A stretch of DNA of 64,000 nucleotides from Cenococcum geophilum. Taxonomy: Eukaryota. This document shows, in pieces, positions 40,989 to 55,500 of this stretch (the stretch's first letter is position 1; the number at the start of each line of letters is the position of its first letter). The position numbers were made by a program, and so were the translations under genes. The notes beneath the pieces were generated by a model that saw only the letters and a list, made by a program, of their open reading frames with translations, did no database searches and was not told the DNA's origin. The DNA lies in assembly GCA_050273025.1 (NCBI GenBank), contig CP158636.1, forward strand, positions 11,408,001-11,472,000, written 5' to 3'.

Positions 40989-43900
40989 CCTAGGGATAGA
41001 AGCTTAAGTATATTAGTAGATAATCTAGTAATAGATCTTACTAGAGGTATAAAGCTAGCAGCAGAGAAAGCTATCCCTAGATTTAGAACCTGCGAATTCT
41101 CTAAACTATAGTGGAATAGAGAGCTTTTAAAAAAAAGACAAAAAATAGTAAAACTAGGGAGACTTTAAGAAGAACAACCTACTAGAAGTTCTAGACTAGA
41201 AGCCTATAAAGAAGCCAAAAATTAATACTTCTACACAATAAGAGAAGCTAAGACTAGCTGCTAGAATAGCTTCCTAGAAAAAGCACAAGGAAAGGAAGTT
41301 TTTACTACCCTAAAATATATAAAGGAGAGAACATTACAAATAATCCCTAGTCTATAGTATAGTAAAGACGGGACTACTAAACTAGTAAAAAGCTTTTATA
41401 ACTACTCTATTCCCTAAACCCCCCCCCTTCTACTAGCCCTATAGAGTGGAAGGACTATATAATAGACAATAAATAGGAATAGCCAGAACTAGAGAAAATA
41501 GAAGTTAAATAAGCAATTTTCTTTAGCTCTAATAAAAAGGCTCTAGGACCAAATAGGATATCTTTTATAATTCTATAAAAGGCCTACCCTACTATAAAAG
41601 ATCTTCTATATAGAATCTATAGGATTTTGTTTATCCTAAACTATTAGCTAAAGGTCTAAAGAGAAGCTTAAGGAGTTATTCTCCCTAAAGTAAATAAAGA
41701 GGACTATTCCTTACTAAAGTCCTATAGACCTATCTCCTTACTAAACTGCCTAGAAAAGACTTTAGAAAAGATCTTTACTACTAGATTAGGATATCTAGCT
41801 AGTACTACTAGCTTGCTTTAAAATTCTTAACTAGGAGGAAGAAGATAGCGGTCTATAATAGACGCAGTTTTATTACTTCTAAATAATATCCAATCTAAAA
41901 ATAGTAGGAAAAAAGCTAGATAAAGGATAGCCACTACGTTATTTCTAAACGTAAAAGGGGCTTTTAACCATATCTCTAAAAACTAGATTTTATCTATCTA
42001 TAAGGAACTAGGACTACCTATAGCGTTTATACAATAGGTAGCTACTTTCCTTAGCAATAGAAAGCTATAGCTCTCCTTTAATAGGTAAATATAAGAAAAA
42101 GTAAAACTAGAAATAGGGATATTACAGGGATCGCCTATATCCCCTATTTTATTTCTATTATATATACGCAATATCTACAACATATAGATAGAAGGAGCCT
42201 ACTCTCTTAGCTATATAGACGATTTTATAATTACAGTTACCTTAAATTCAGCTAAGTCTAATTGTAAAAAGCTAGAGAGAATAGCGCTAGAGCTAATATC
42301 TAAAGCTAAGGAAGCTGTTATTAGTTTTAATATTAGTAAAACAAAGCTTATATACTTCTATAGTAAACGCACTACTATAGAAGAAGGGTTAAAGCTAGGA
42401 GACGTAGAAATATCTCCTAAACCCCTAGTTAGGTAGTTAGGGGTATTTTTAAACTCTAAGCTTACTTTTAAATAATATATAGAAATACAAACCTCTAAAG
42501 TAAAAACAGCCTTCTATTTAATTAGAAGACTAGGTAATATATAAAGAGGTCTATCTCTATAAGCCCTACGACAGCTCTATATAGCTTACATTACCACTAT
42601 AGCAGACTATAGTATATAATGCTAGTAGAAAAGCAAATTTAGAGACTACCTACTAAATAGGTACCAATCTCTATAAAATAAGGCCCTAAAACTAGTTCTA
42701 GAAGCGTTTAGAGAATCTCCTAGCCAAGCTATAGAGATTAAAGCCTCTATTCCTCCTCCTAGAATTAGATTTAAAAAGCTTTACAATAACTACGTATTAA
42801 AAATCCTAAAATTTAAGGAAAACTACATAATTAAGAAGGTCTATATAGAAGAGATTAACAAAGATAGGGACGAATTAGCAGCTAATTCTAGCTCTAGTTC
42901 TAGCCCTAAAAACTCTACTATAAAGTACCTCCTATAGCCAAAGATATAGCTACTATCTTTAGCCTCTAGAGTTTAGTAGCTAATTCAAACCTAGAAAATA
43001 GAGAGAATCTCTCTAGAATGGCAAAAACCGTAGTCTCCTCCTATCTCTGCATTCTTTTCTATCTTAAGGGGTAGTAAAGAAGAAGCTATATAAGAATATC
43101 TAAGACTAGTAAAAAATTTATAAGAATCCCTAGAGTGGAACCTAGTAGATATATACTATATAGATGGCTCTAAAGACAATAAATTAAATATAGCAGCTAT
43201 ATATAAAATAGGGGAGAGAAATAGGATTAAATATGCAACAAATTGGAATCTAGGACCCTATATGGAAATTATAAACATAGAGCTTTATACAGTCTATAGG
43301 GCCCTAGAACACCTAAAATAATAAAGACTAAAAGAGAAATAAGTCTATATCTTTATAGATAGCTAAGCGGCTATTAAAAGATTACAGCTTAATTCTTTTA
43401 TAGAGGGGTAAGAACTAGTCTTTAAAATTACGCAAAGCTATTCCTATTTAGCTAGTAAGGGGATCTCTATTAACTTCTACTGGGTTCCTAGCTATTTAGG
43501 AATCTATAGGAACGAAATAGTAGATAAGCTAGCAAAAAAGGGCCTTTCTAGAAGAAAACTATAATCTTCTTATACCTCCTTAGCCTATATAGGGAGAGCG
43601 GCAAGAGAAGAGATACTAGAATAGTAGAAAAATAACTAGCAGTAGAATAAGAATAAAGGAAAACACTATACTAGGATCTATAAAGAAAGCCATTCCTTTT
43701 CTCTTAAAGCCCCTAAGGATAAATATCCTAAAAGGCTATAATTGGCTTTCTACCAGCTAAAGCTAGGAAAAGGCTATTTTAAATCCTTTATTAAAGTAAT
43801 AGGAGAGGATAAAGAAAGAAGATGCTTTAGGGAATATAGAGTACTATAAACCCCTAGACATTTACTACTAGACTATAATCTATATAGGGAAGAAAGAAGA

Positions 43901-44364
43901 GAAATGCGAAAGAAACTAGGCTCTTATCTCTTTTTAAAGAAGTTATTTTATACATAAAAAGGAAAAAAGGCGCTTTTTCTATTTCTAAGTAGGACAGGGA
44001 TAGCTACTAGAAAGTGGCTAATAACAGCAGGATCTATAGGAGGTAACTCCTACTAGGCTCCTAGAAAAGAGATATTAGTAAATAAAAGAATAGAAATAAA
44101 TTATAAAAGGATAGGGAAAGGCGTTAGGATTTCTTATTCTTTATAGTTTTCTACCGTTTTCTTATTCCCTAGTAGTTGCTTATAACTTAGTATTTTACTA
44201 AGAAACTGTAACCCCCTAGTTTAGGGGCTTATAAACTATTAGGATATAGTTACTAGTATATATTAAGCTGCCCTAAGGGATTTATATATATAGGACTATA
44301 GCGCTATAGCCTAGAGGCTGCATGCGTAGTATTATACGTAGTATAATACAATAGATAGATAGAT
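40989..44364 (+). mobile_element. Tad1-like LINE ORF2 (RT, RNase H, C-terminal Cys/His motif) with 3' tail; 5' part lost
   Basis: KA(P)GP(D)RISF, YRPISLLNCL(G)KTLEK, FL(D)VKGAF(D)HI, GI(P)QGSPISPILF, SYIDD, Y(T)DGS, WVPS(H)LGIY(G)NE, TPRHLLLD(C); ends in (ATAG)n near 44351-44364. Confidence 0.92.
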
Positions 44365-47300
44365 ATATATATATAAAATGTTTTAGTATAATTATTTAGC
44401 GCTAATATAGTAAATATTAACTAGTAGGAGGTCTGTAGGTTTCCTTATAGCTATTTACTAGACTATACTTTATAGTTTAGAGTTTATAATCTTTTTTAGC
44501 TTCTACTTTATCTTTTATAAGTTATCCCTTTAATTTATTAGTTTAGTATAGCGTCTAATATCCCTTACTATTCTTTATAGCTATATAGGGCCTAAGCTCT
44601 CTATAGGGAGCTTAGCTAGCTTATTACTAACTTCTTTAATTTTTAGTATAGGTAGTATAATATAGGTAGTTTAGAGGCGGTATAGTATATAGATCCGTTA
44701 CGGGTTAAGCTATATATCTTTTTTAAAAGTCTAGTGCCTTTATATAGTATTAGCCTAATAAATTATATTTATTTATAGCTATATAAAGTTCTCTATTATA
44801 ATACTAATTTCTTTTATAAAAGAAGGTATTAGGCGTATAGTTTTAGGCTAGATAAGCTGTTTATTCTATATATTAAGCTATAAGCCTAAATAGGCTAGCC
44901 ATTTTCTTTTTAAGATTATATTATAATTTTTAAGGTCTATAATAAGAAAGGGGATATTATATTACCTTTATCTATTAACACGGAGGTAAATTCGCAAGAT
45001 AGTTATAATAGGTAGCTCTATTTATCTATTATACCCTTAAATAAAAATTAGTTTAGGCAGTTATTTAAAAAGTTAACTAGTTTTATAGCGTACTTTATAG
45101 TAATTAAGGTAAAAGTATTTACCCTTAAGTTAGCTAAAGTAGAGGTTAAAACTTAATATTTATTATAGAATAAAGTATAAGGGATAGTATAGCTTTTTTT
45201 ATTAATTAGCTGACCTAGATTAATATATAATATTTTAATCCCTTTTAACCCTAAAAAGGAGTCTTCCTCTAAGGTTCCTCTTTTTCTAATTATATAATTA
45301 TAGTATATAGTATACTAAACACGTAACTACGCGTTTAGTATACTAACTACTTATTTATAAAGTGCTAACTAATTAGGGGGGAGGCGCGTTAGTATATAGA
45401 CTACGTAGTCTACCTTAATAGAATTAACAGTTACTACTATCTAAAAGAGTATACGATGCTATATATATTTTATGTCTCTAGATATAACTTACTTATATTA
45501 TTAAGTTAATATAAATACTAATTAGTAAGCGCGTATAAATTAGTAATTACTTAATACCTCCCCTAAGCAATATATAATAGTAACTACCCGTTTATATCCT
45601 AGTACAACCTATTAAAAGGTTGGAAGTTAGGGATTATAGACTATTACCAACTCTATATACTTATTTAAGTCTTAGTATAGTTTACTAAAATTTTATAAAC
45701 ATAAATATAGACCTTTATAAAACCTTTTACCCTTTTATAAACTATTATAGACCTATTAATTGCCTTTACAGACTATTATAAGACCTCCTCTACCCACTAT
45801 AAGCTACTACTACCCGTTATAGCTTATATAAATATACTATACTATATAATATAGTAGATATAAGTAAGTAAATTAATAAAGGTTAAAAGAAGTAGAGTTA
45901 GGGAGTTAACCTTACGTCTATAAATGGTGTTAATAACTATATTAATTTTAAAATCCTTAAATACGGATACTTTAAGCTTCTAAATAACGATCTATAGGAA
46001 TAATATAAGGAAGACTTTGCGGACTTTATAGAAGCTATCTTTAAGGCTTATAACCTTATAGCTACCTATAACTTATAAACCCTCTTATATTACTAAGGTG
46101 TATAGGTTAAAAAGGATAAATAAGTTACTATTGCATAATCTCTATATAATATATTACGTAAGAAGGACTAAACAGAATAGACTAAAGAGTAGATTCTAGA
46201 TTATATTAAAACCAGCGGACTCTTTACCTTTTTTAAACTTAATAGGATCTTTAGTTTTATAGACGACCTATTTAACTAAATTTATTCTATAGACTAAAGA
46301 GATCTTAAAATTAATCTTATAGGCTAAAGTATACCTAGTACTTAAGTTATAGACTATAATACTCCTATAAACTAAAATATAGACTAAACCCTTTTATTAC
46401 TTAAGTTATAGATCTATAAACTACCTAAGTAAAGACCTATAGTAAGGAGCTAGCTAACCTAGCTAAGCTCTATACTAACGAATCTAAGTATAGTAAAAAA
46501 ACGATAACTTTAATTTTAAACTAACTATTTTTACAGACCTCTGTTAGAAGGCTGATATTCCTAAATAGGAGTTTAGCTAAGCCTACTCTACTATACTACG
46601 CGGCCTAGCCCTTAACTACTATTATACTAACCTTAAAAGTAACCCCCTTAGTGTTCCCTTTAATAAGCTATATAAAGCTATATATAACTACTTTAAAGGG
46701 CTAGAATATAAGCGTAATATCCTTATATAATAGAATGTAATTAAGTTATAGACTATAATTAATAAGAATACCAAAAAATCGACTATAAAGTGCCTGTAAA
46801 TTTTTATTAAAGACCTTTAGCACCTATAGCACGGCCTTAATACTAAGCTTTAAATAAATGACTTCCTATATAATAAACTTATTATAGCTTATTAGGAAGT
46901 AGAACCCTATAAATACGCCTATTATAAGCCTAAAGATACCTTAACTAGCCTTATTAACGATTTACAGTCCTCTATTATAATATATAAAGTTTTAAACCTA
47001 CTAGGTAGTACTTAAGCCTTTATTACGGATCTGTAAAACCTATAAACTAACTTAGATACCTACTTTATAGACCACTACTACTACTAGCAGTATCCATACT
47101 AACTAAATCCCACCTATAACCCCTATAGCAACCCCCGTATAAAAGTATACCCCTATAAACAAACTAGCTAAAAGTGCTTTATATATGGTAAGGAAAAATA
47201 TTAGTCTATAAGGTATACCTAGAAAGAACGTAATAAGTCTAAAAAGAGATTTAATAGTTAGATTAACTAGTTTATCTTAGACTATAAAGAAAAGGAAGTA

Positions 47301-50300
47301 GAGAAGTCTCTTAATAAGTTAATGGAAGCCCTTATAATTAACTTTAACTTAAATATTTAGAAATAGGAGACCTTAGAGATATTTTTAACTACTTTTAGAC
47401 CTTTTATAGACGGCTAAGCCTTTAATATTACAACTATATTAGCCGACTGCTCCTTTATATACTTAATTACACCTAAAAACTAACCTATAAGTATATCTAT
47501 TAGACCTATTACGGATATTACGGACTATAAACAGAACCTATTTATATATATTATTATAAAACGCTATACCCCTAAAGAATTCTATAGCGTTATAATTAAT
47601 ATAGGTGCCTATAAGAAGTCTACTATAGGTTATAGATAATATCTTATATATAAGACCACTATAAATAATAATACGGACATTAATACTATATAAACTAAGG
47701 CCGTAAATGTCTAATTTAGCATTATCTTAACCGCATTAATTAGATTAGTTATAGTTAAGACTTTAATTAGCCTAGTTAACTTCTATATAGTAAAAGCAGA
47801 TACCCCTTTTCTACTTTACCTCGTAGATATAAATAGGCTATAAGTTTACTATAATAATATTATAGATACCTTAATTGGCCCTATAACTGCCCTAAAAAGT
47901 AAGTATATTACCTTACTAATTATATAACGATTTGGACACCCATTCCTTATATAGGGAGAGACTTTATAAACCTATATTTAGAAATCTTTTAACTATAATC
48001 TATGCTACCTTACTAGTACAGAAATATACCGCCTATACTGCTGTTTCGGCTACCTGTTAACCGAAAAGCTATATAGAGTCCTTAAACACTCTAGATATAA
48101 CAACGTTAATAGGAAGGCAATTAACTACCTAATTAAATATTACTCCTTCTGCTAGAAATACGGACGTTCCCTAGGCCAATTTAAGTTTACTCTTTATAAA
48201 GACCTTAATTTTAACTACTTAGTGTATATAGATATTATATATTAACAGCAACCTAATATTATATATAATTAATAAGGCAACCTACTATTAAGCTAACTGT
48301 TAGTTGTAAAATATATCTATATAATATACTTAGGATATTTTATAAACCTACTAGATTAATATATATGTTAAACCCCCTAAGTATATTACCTATAACGCTA
48401 GTAGGAACTTTATTGGTAAGGAATTCTAATAGTATGCTATAGCTATAGCTATTTTAACAAAAGCCGTTCTAGTTAAGGTGTACTAGTCTATTAGGCTTAT
48501 TAAGTAAGCTTACCTAGCTTTATAAAGAGCTTACTAGATTATTATAGATAAGTATAAGGATATCTAAAAGGAACTAACTTTATAGATAGCCGTAAAAGCT
48601 ATTAATAGCACCGCTAGCCCTAACGGACTAGTACCCACCCTTTTAGTTTATAGAGCCTACCTAAGGATAGGTAAACTAGACCCTCCTGCCCTATCTATTA
48701 TAGATTAAGTAGCTATAATATAGAAGGTAATAGTTAAAATAGTTAAGTTACGAGCTAAATAAACTATTAATAGCGCTTTATACTACTATAACGGACCTAA
48801 TATAACCTTAATATATAACCTCCTACTTAATTCTAAAGTCCTTATATAGCGTAAAAGCGGTAATTAGACTAGACCTTATTATTTATTAGCTATAGAAGAC
48901 GAAACGTACCGCGTATAACTCCCTAGCGGACTAACTAGCTTTAGAAGCACGTCCGTAAAACCCTATTTTTAGTCTAAAAATACCTATAATATTAAACTAG
49001 ATAAACTAGAAGCACCCTTACCTACCCTAAAAGTCCCCTATAAACCTACTAAACCTATTAAACCTACTATAAAGCGTGGCTAAGGATGCCCTTAAAAGTA
49101 CCCTATAACTAAAAACCCTATAACAGAAAATTACTTAACCTCTATAGGCGCATTTATAAGACAATCCCTATCTATAGATATATTAGTTCTAGTATAGAAA
49201 ACCCCTTTTACGGACTTATAACGTAAAGAGATTAACGGACTATTTAAAAAGGGTATCTTTATAGTTATAATAGAGAGAGACATTCCGTAAGGCGTCCTTA
49301 TATTTAACTTACGCTTTATTAATAAGATTAAGCACCCTAGTATTAATAAAGCCTTTAAGAAATTAAGGCTTATTATATAAGCTTATAATAACTAGGGAAA
49401 GAATTTAATCTTTATATAATTACCTATAATCTAATAAGTTAGTTAATAGATTATACTTATACTTACGCCTAGACTATAGTAAACTAAACCTATAGCCCTT
49501 TACTTACGGGATATTTTATAAGCCTATATATAGTCTAATATCTACTTAAGTAAAGACATCTTTATATAACTACCCCTTAAGCTTAATTTATAACTAGGAA
49601 TAATTTTATAGGTTATAAAACCCCTTTATAGAGTACTAGAAGCTAAAAACTACTAATTTAAGACGTATTATTAGCATTACGTCTATAAACTTAAGATAGA
49701 GCAGTTAATATATAACCCCTGCCTCCTATATACCCTATTAAACGGCCTTAGTATTATTAGACTTTAAATAAATAATACCCTTTTTTTAGTAGACTAGACT
49801 TTTACGGATACTAAAGAGACTAAACTATAAGAAGCTAAGTTCCTAGTAAAGCTATAAAAGTAATTAACTAAGTAGACTCTAATTAAGTTTAATAAAGGTT
49901 TAATTATATAAAAGGGTAACCTAATCTAGCTAACTTAGAAACGCTAAGCTTAAAACCTAAGGCTTATTATAGTAAAGCTTATAGACCTTACTAGCTCCTA
50001 TAAAGAGACCTATAAAACTATAAGTATAAAGGACTAATATATTATATAGTGTGTAAGAGGAGCCTATATTACTATAGTCTGTTAACCTAAATCTACTTAT
50101 AATTTATCCTTTATGGCCTAGGTAATAGATTTATAAAAGGAAAATATTAAGTAGCTTAATAAATATATTTAGTAGTAAATTAATAATGCAATAAGAGGAC
50201 TTACTTTTATGCTATTAGACCTAAATTCCCTTAGCTTACTAGTATTTATAAACGCCTCCTTTACTAATAATAGGGACCTATTATTATAAATCGGCTTTAT

Positions 50301-51840
50301 AATTGTACTTACGGACCATAATTAGGATATAAATATACTCTATTAGTCTTTAATTAAATATAAATAAGTAACCCGCAGTATACTAGCTTCTAAACTATAT
50401 ATACTAGCTTATAGCTCTAATATAGCAGCCGCAATTAAATTAATAATCTAGAAGATTCTATAATTGGAGCAGTTACCCCTAGTCTTATATATTAATTTAA
50501 AGTCCCTCTATAACTGCCTAGTTAAATTAGGTATAATATAAAAAAAGAGGCTTATAGTTAACCTAATATGCTTATATTAGGCCTATAAACAACGTAAGAT
50601 TATAGAGGTTAAATAAACTAGCAGTAAAGATAACCTAATAGATGCTATAACTAAGGCAAAACTATGTTAAGCTTTAAAGACCCTAATTAATATAAATAAG
50701 CTTAATTTAAAGGTTATAAAATAGGTGGAACGAGACTAATGGAGCACTTGTAGTTTATTTACGGCCTATTAAAAGGCCGTATGGTTTATTTTACGGACCA
50801 TAAATAGGACTTATAGCTAGCTTAAAGCACCGCTTAGAAGGCAGCCCAGAAGGCACCTTAGGAGGGATTTCCTATATATTTCTTTTATATTCTATAGTTC
50901 TATTTAAGCAATTACGGGGGCTATATATAAGTGGGTCTATTTTTAAGTGCCGCTAGTATATAATTATAGCACGTAGTATACTAAACGCGTAACTACGCGT
51001 TTAGTATACTAACTACTTATTTATAAAGTACTAACTAATTAGGGGGGAGGCGCGTTAGTATATAGACTACATAGTCTACCTTTATAGAATTAATAGTTAC
51101 CACTATCTAAAAGAGTATATAATACTATACGTATTTCGTGCCCCTAGATATAACTTACTTATATTATTAAGTTAATATAAACACTAATTTTATACTATTC
51201 TTCTAAATTAATAAAACCTTATTTATTTTTACTACTATTAAGTAGTTCTTTATAGAGTAGTCTTCCTAGCTATATAAAAAGTAAGCTTTTTAATTACTAA
51301 GGGCTTATTTATAGGGGCTGCTATATATAGGCTAAGTATATACTAGACCCGTAGTAGGACTAGCTATATAACTAGTTATAAGATTAACAGTAGGCTATAT
51401 AATAGGAGATATAGGAGTTATAGATTATACTAGGGTACTATAAGCCGTTTTTATAGAGCTTATAGTTTAGTTTAAAGAGCTTCTAGCTTTATACTACTTA
51501 GCTTATACCTTAATTTAATAGAGGCCTTAGTTAATAGCTAAGTAGTAGTCTATAAGTACCTTTAACGTCTATATAATAGTAAAAACTAATAGTATAACGC
51601 GCTATAGGTCTAAAGTAAGCTTATTAAAGAGGTCTAGTATTAAGTCTTTATAGGAAATTTAGGCTTAGCTAGCTAGGTCTAAAAAGTAGGTCTAAACAGC
51701 TAAAAAGGTATCTATTGTTTTTATATTTAGACTTTTATAATTAAGGTAAGTATTTTATATCTTAAAGAGGTCTTTATAAATAAAGGTAATTTCTAGTAGT
51801 TTCTATTAAGGTTCTATTCTTAGGGTCCTATAAATAGTAT
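44365..51840 (-). mobile_element. Gypsy relic H (gag and protease), split by Copia G2 and cut by the LINE
   Basis: gag ...LAS(Q)A(Q)I...DLFNKLTLDL(Q)R and (C)F.(C)(G)(Q)ED(H)S..N(C) at 51.2-51.8 kb; protease ALA(D)(S)(G).N near 45130; no LTR seen. Confidence 0.7.
45291..51183 (+). mobile_element. Full-length Copia G2 (5893 bp)
   Basis: 227-bp LTRs 45291-45517 and 50957-51183; TSD CTAAT on both sides; domain order gag-PR-IN-RT-RH; heavily RIPed. Confidence 0.95.
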
Positions 51841-52540
51841 TTTAATCTAATTTTATATTCCTATTTTATTTATAGTTTATTAATTAATTAATATAGCTTT
51901 ATATAAATAAAATATAGTTAAAGAAATTTAAAACTTTTAGTTAAGTAATTCTCTAAATTTTAAGAGACTACTTAGGCACTATATAAGTGCTATAAACTAG
52001 AGGTTTGTTAAAATATCTAAGAAAATAAAAGGGGGTATTAAAATTTTTAATAACCACCAACGCTGGGGAAAAACCCCCGATTTTGCAGATTATATAGGAA
52101 AATCCTTTAGGAATCTTAGAAAATCTAAAAAATCCTCCTTAAATAAACTAAGGCAAATTATAACTAAATAAAAAAGATTAAAAAAAACCCCCTATAATCT
52201 TAGTATATTTAAGAATTTAAGCCAAAAATACAGAAATATCCGGCTATTAATTAGAATTAGAATCTTTTAGAAATTTATAAGAAGCTAGCAAAATTTATTA
52301 GTAAATTCTAAGAAAAAGAAGCTATTTTATATACCTAGTTAAAGACTACCTTTAGATTTAATTTTAGAACCCTTCTTTAATATAGCTACGCGCGTACTAT
52401 TAATATTAAGCATCTTAATAGAAAATCCAAGAAATTAGCTAATTTTACTTATAAAAGAATATGTTAGAAAAAACGAGAATTAAATACCTTTTTAACGGAG
52501 AAAGTACTAAAAAAAATCTTAAAAAAGGAAAGTAGGCAAG

Positions 52541-55500
52541 TGTATAATTACAGCACCTATTATACCAACCACGTGCTTACGCGTTTGGTACACCAGGTAC
52601 GCGTTTACGCGTTTAGTATATCAACCACTCGCTTACGCGTCTAGTGCACTTATAAAGCACTAACTAATTAGGGGGGAGGTGCATTAGTATATAGACCACA
52701 TAGTCTGCTTTATACAATTAACAGTCACTATTATCCAAAAGAGTATACAATACTATATGTATTTTGTGCCCCTAGATCTAACTCACTCGTGCTATTAAGT
52801 TAGTATAAACACTAATTAGTAAGCGCGCACAGATCAGCAATCACTTAACACCTCCCCCTAAGCGATATATAATAGCGACCACCCGTTTAGACTCCTAGTA
52901 CAACCTACTAAAAGGTCGGAAGTCAGGGATTACGGACTTATCTCTAACTCTATATACTTATTTAAGTCTTAGTACAGTTTACTAGAAGTATAATAGACGC
53001 GAATACAGACCTATATAGAACCCCTACCCTTAAACCTCGAACCCCTATTCCTACTATACCTCCCCCGACCTCTTTTCAGACCCCTTACAGAGACCCTTTA
53101 CCCTTTTACAAACCGTTACAGACCCGTTAATTACTTTACGGACCATTACAAAACCTCTTACCCTTCCGCGAACTATTACGGACCCGCTAACTGCCTTTAC
53201 GGACCACTATAAGACCCCTCTTACCTACTACGTACTACACTATACAATAAAGTATGGCAGACCTAAGAAAGCAAGTTAATAAAGGTTAGGAAAAGTAGAG
53301 GCAGGGAGCTAATCTTACGTCTATACCTACTGTTAATAACTATATTAAATTTAAAGTTCTTAAATATAAATATTTTAAGCTTATAAACGTCGACCTATAG
53401 GAGCAATACTAGGAAGACTTCGCGGACTTTATAGAAGCTATCTTTAAAGTATACAACCCTACTACTATCCGTAACCTACGGACCCTCTTATATAACTAAG
53501 GTATATAGGTTAAAAGGAATAAACGAGTTACTATTATATAGTCCTTATATAACACAATATATAAAAAGGACCAAATAGAATAGATTAAAGAGGAAATCTT
53601 AGACCAGTTCTAAGAAACTAAGAAACTCTTTACTTCTTCCAAACTTAATATAATCGCTAGCCTTATACCTGACCTACTTAACTAAATTTGTCCTATAAAC
53701 CTAAGCAGTTTCGGAATTAATCTTACGGGCTAAAGTATACCTAGTACTTAAGTTACGGACCGCAATACCCCCGTAGACCAAAATACGGACCAAATTACCC
53801 CTATTATTTAAGTCATAAATCCGCAAGCTATATATCCGCAAACTATATATCCATAAGCTATATATCCGCAAGCTATAGATCTATAACCTACCTAAGTAAA
53901 GACCTATGGTAAGGAGCTAGCAAACCTAGCTAAGCTCTATACCGACAAATCTAAGTATAGTAGTGAAAACGACAATTTTGACTTTAAACTAACTATCTTT
54001 ACGGACCTTTACCAGAAGGCTAATATTCCTAAATAAGAGTTTAGCCAAGCCTACTCTACTATACTACGCGGCCTAGTATTTAACTACTACTACACCAACC
54101 TTAAGAGCAACCCCTATAGTGTTCCCTTTAATAAGCTATGTAAAGCTACCTGTAACTACTTTAAAGGACCGGAATATAAACGTAATATCCTTACTTAATA
54201 GAATGCGACCAAGCTACGGACCGTAATTAATAAAAATACTAAAAAATCAACTATAGAGTGCCTGCAAATTCTTATTAAAGACCTCCGGCACCTATAGCAT
54301 GGCCTTAACGCTAAGCTTTAAATAGACGACTTCCTGTATAATAAACTTATTACGGCCTACTAGGAAGTAGAGCCCTGCAAATACGCCTATTATAAGCCTA
54401 CAGACACCATAGCTAGCCTTATCAATAATTTACGGTCCTCTATTATAACGTATAAAGCCTTAAACCCACCAGGCAGCACTTAAGCCTTTATTATAGATAT
54501 TTAATATCCATAAATAGACTTAGATGTCTACTTTACGGACCGCCGCTACCGCTAGCAGCACCCGTACCGACTAAGTCCTACCCATAACCCCTATAGTAAC
54601 CCCTATATAAAAGTATACCCCTATAAACAAACTAGCCAGAAGTGCTTTGTGTGCGGTAAGGAAGGATATTAGTTTATAAGGTATACCTAGGAAAAACGTA
54701 ATATGTCTAAGAAGAGATTTAACAATTAGATTAACTAGTTTATCTTAAACTATAAAGAAGAGGAAGTAGAGGAGTCTCTTAACGAGTTAATAGAAGCCCT
54801 TATAATTAACTTTAACTTAGATATTTAGGAATAGGAGACCTTAGAGACGTTCCTAACTACTTTTAGACCTTTTACGGATAGCTAAGCCTTTAATATTACG
54901 ACCGTATTAGCCAATCGCTCCTTTATATACTTAATTGCACCTAAAAACTAGCCCATAAGCACACCTATTAGACCCGTTATAGATATTACGGACTATAAAC
55001 AGGACCTATTTATATATATTACTATTAAACGCTACACCCCTAAAGAATTATACGGCGTTATAATTAATATAGGTGCCTTTAAGAAGTCTACTACAGGTTA
55101 CGGACAATATCTTGCATATAAGACCACCATAAATAACAATACGGATATTAATACTATGTAAACTGGGGCCGTAAACGTCTAATTCGGCATCGGCTCAACC
55201 GTATTAATTAGATTAGTTAAAATTAAGACTCCAATTAGCCTAGTTAACTTCCACGTAGTAAAAGCGGACACCCCCTTCCTACTCTATCTTATAGATATAG
55301 ATAGGTTATAGGTATACTATAACAATGTCACGGACACCCTAATTGGCCCCATAACTACCCTAGAAAGTAAGTATATTACCTTACCAATTATACAACAATT
55401 TAGACACCCGTTCCTTATATGGGGAGAGACTTTACAAACCTATATTTAGGAATCTTTTAACTATAACCCGTGCTACCTTACCAGTACTAAGATCTACCGC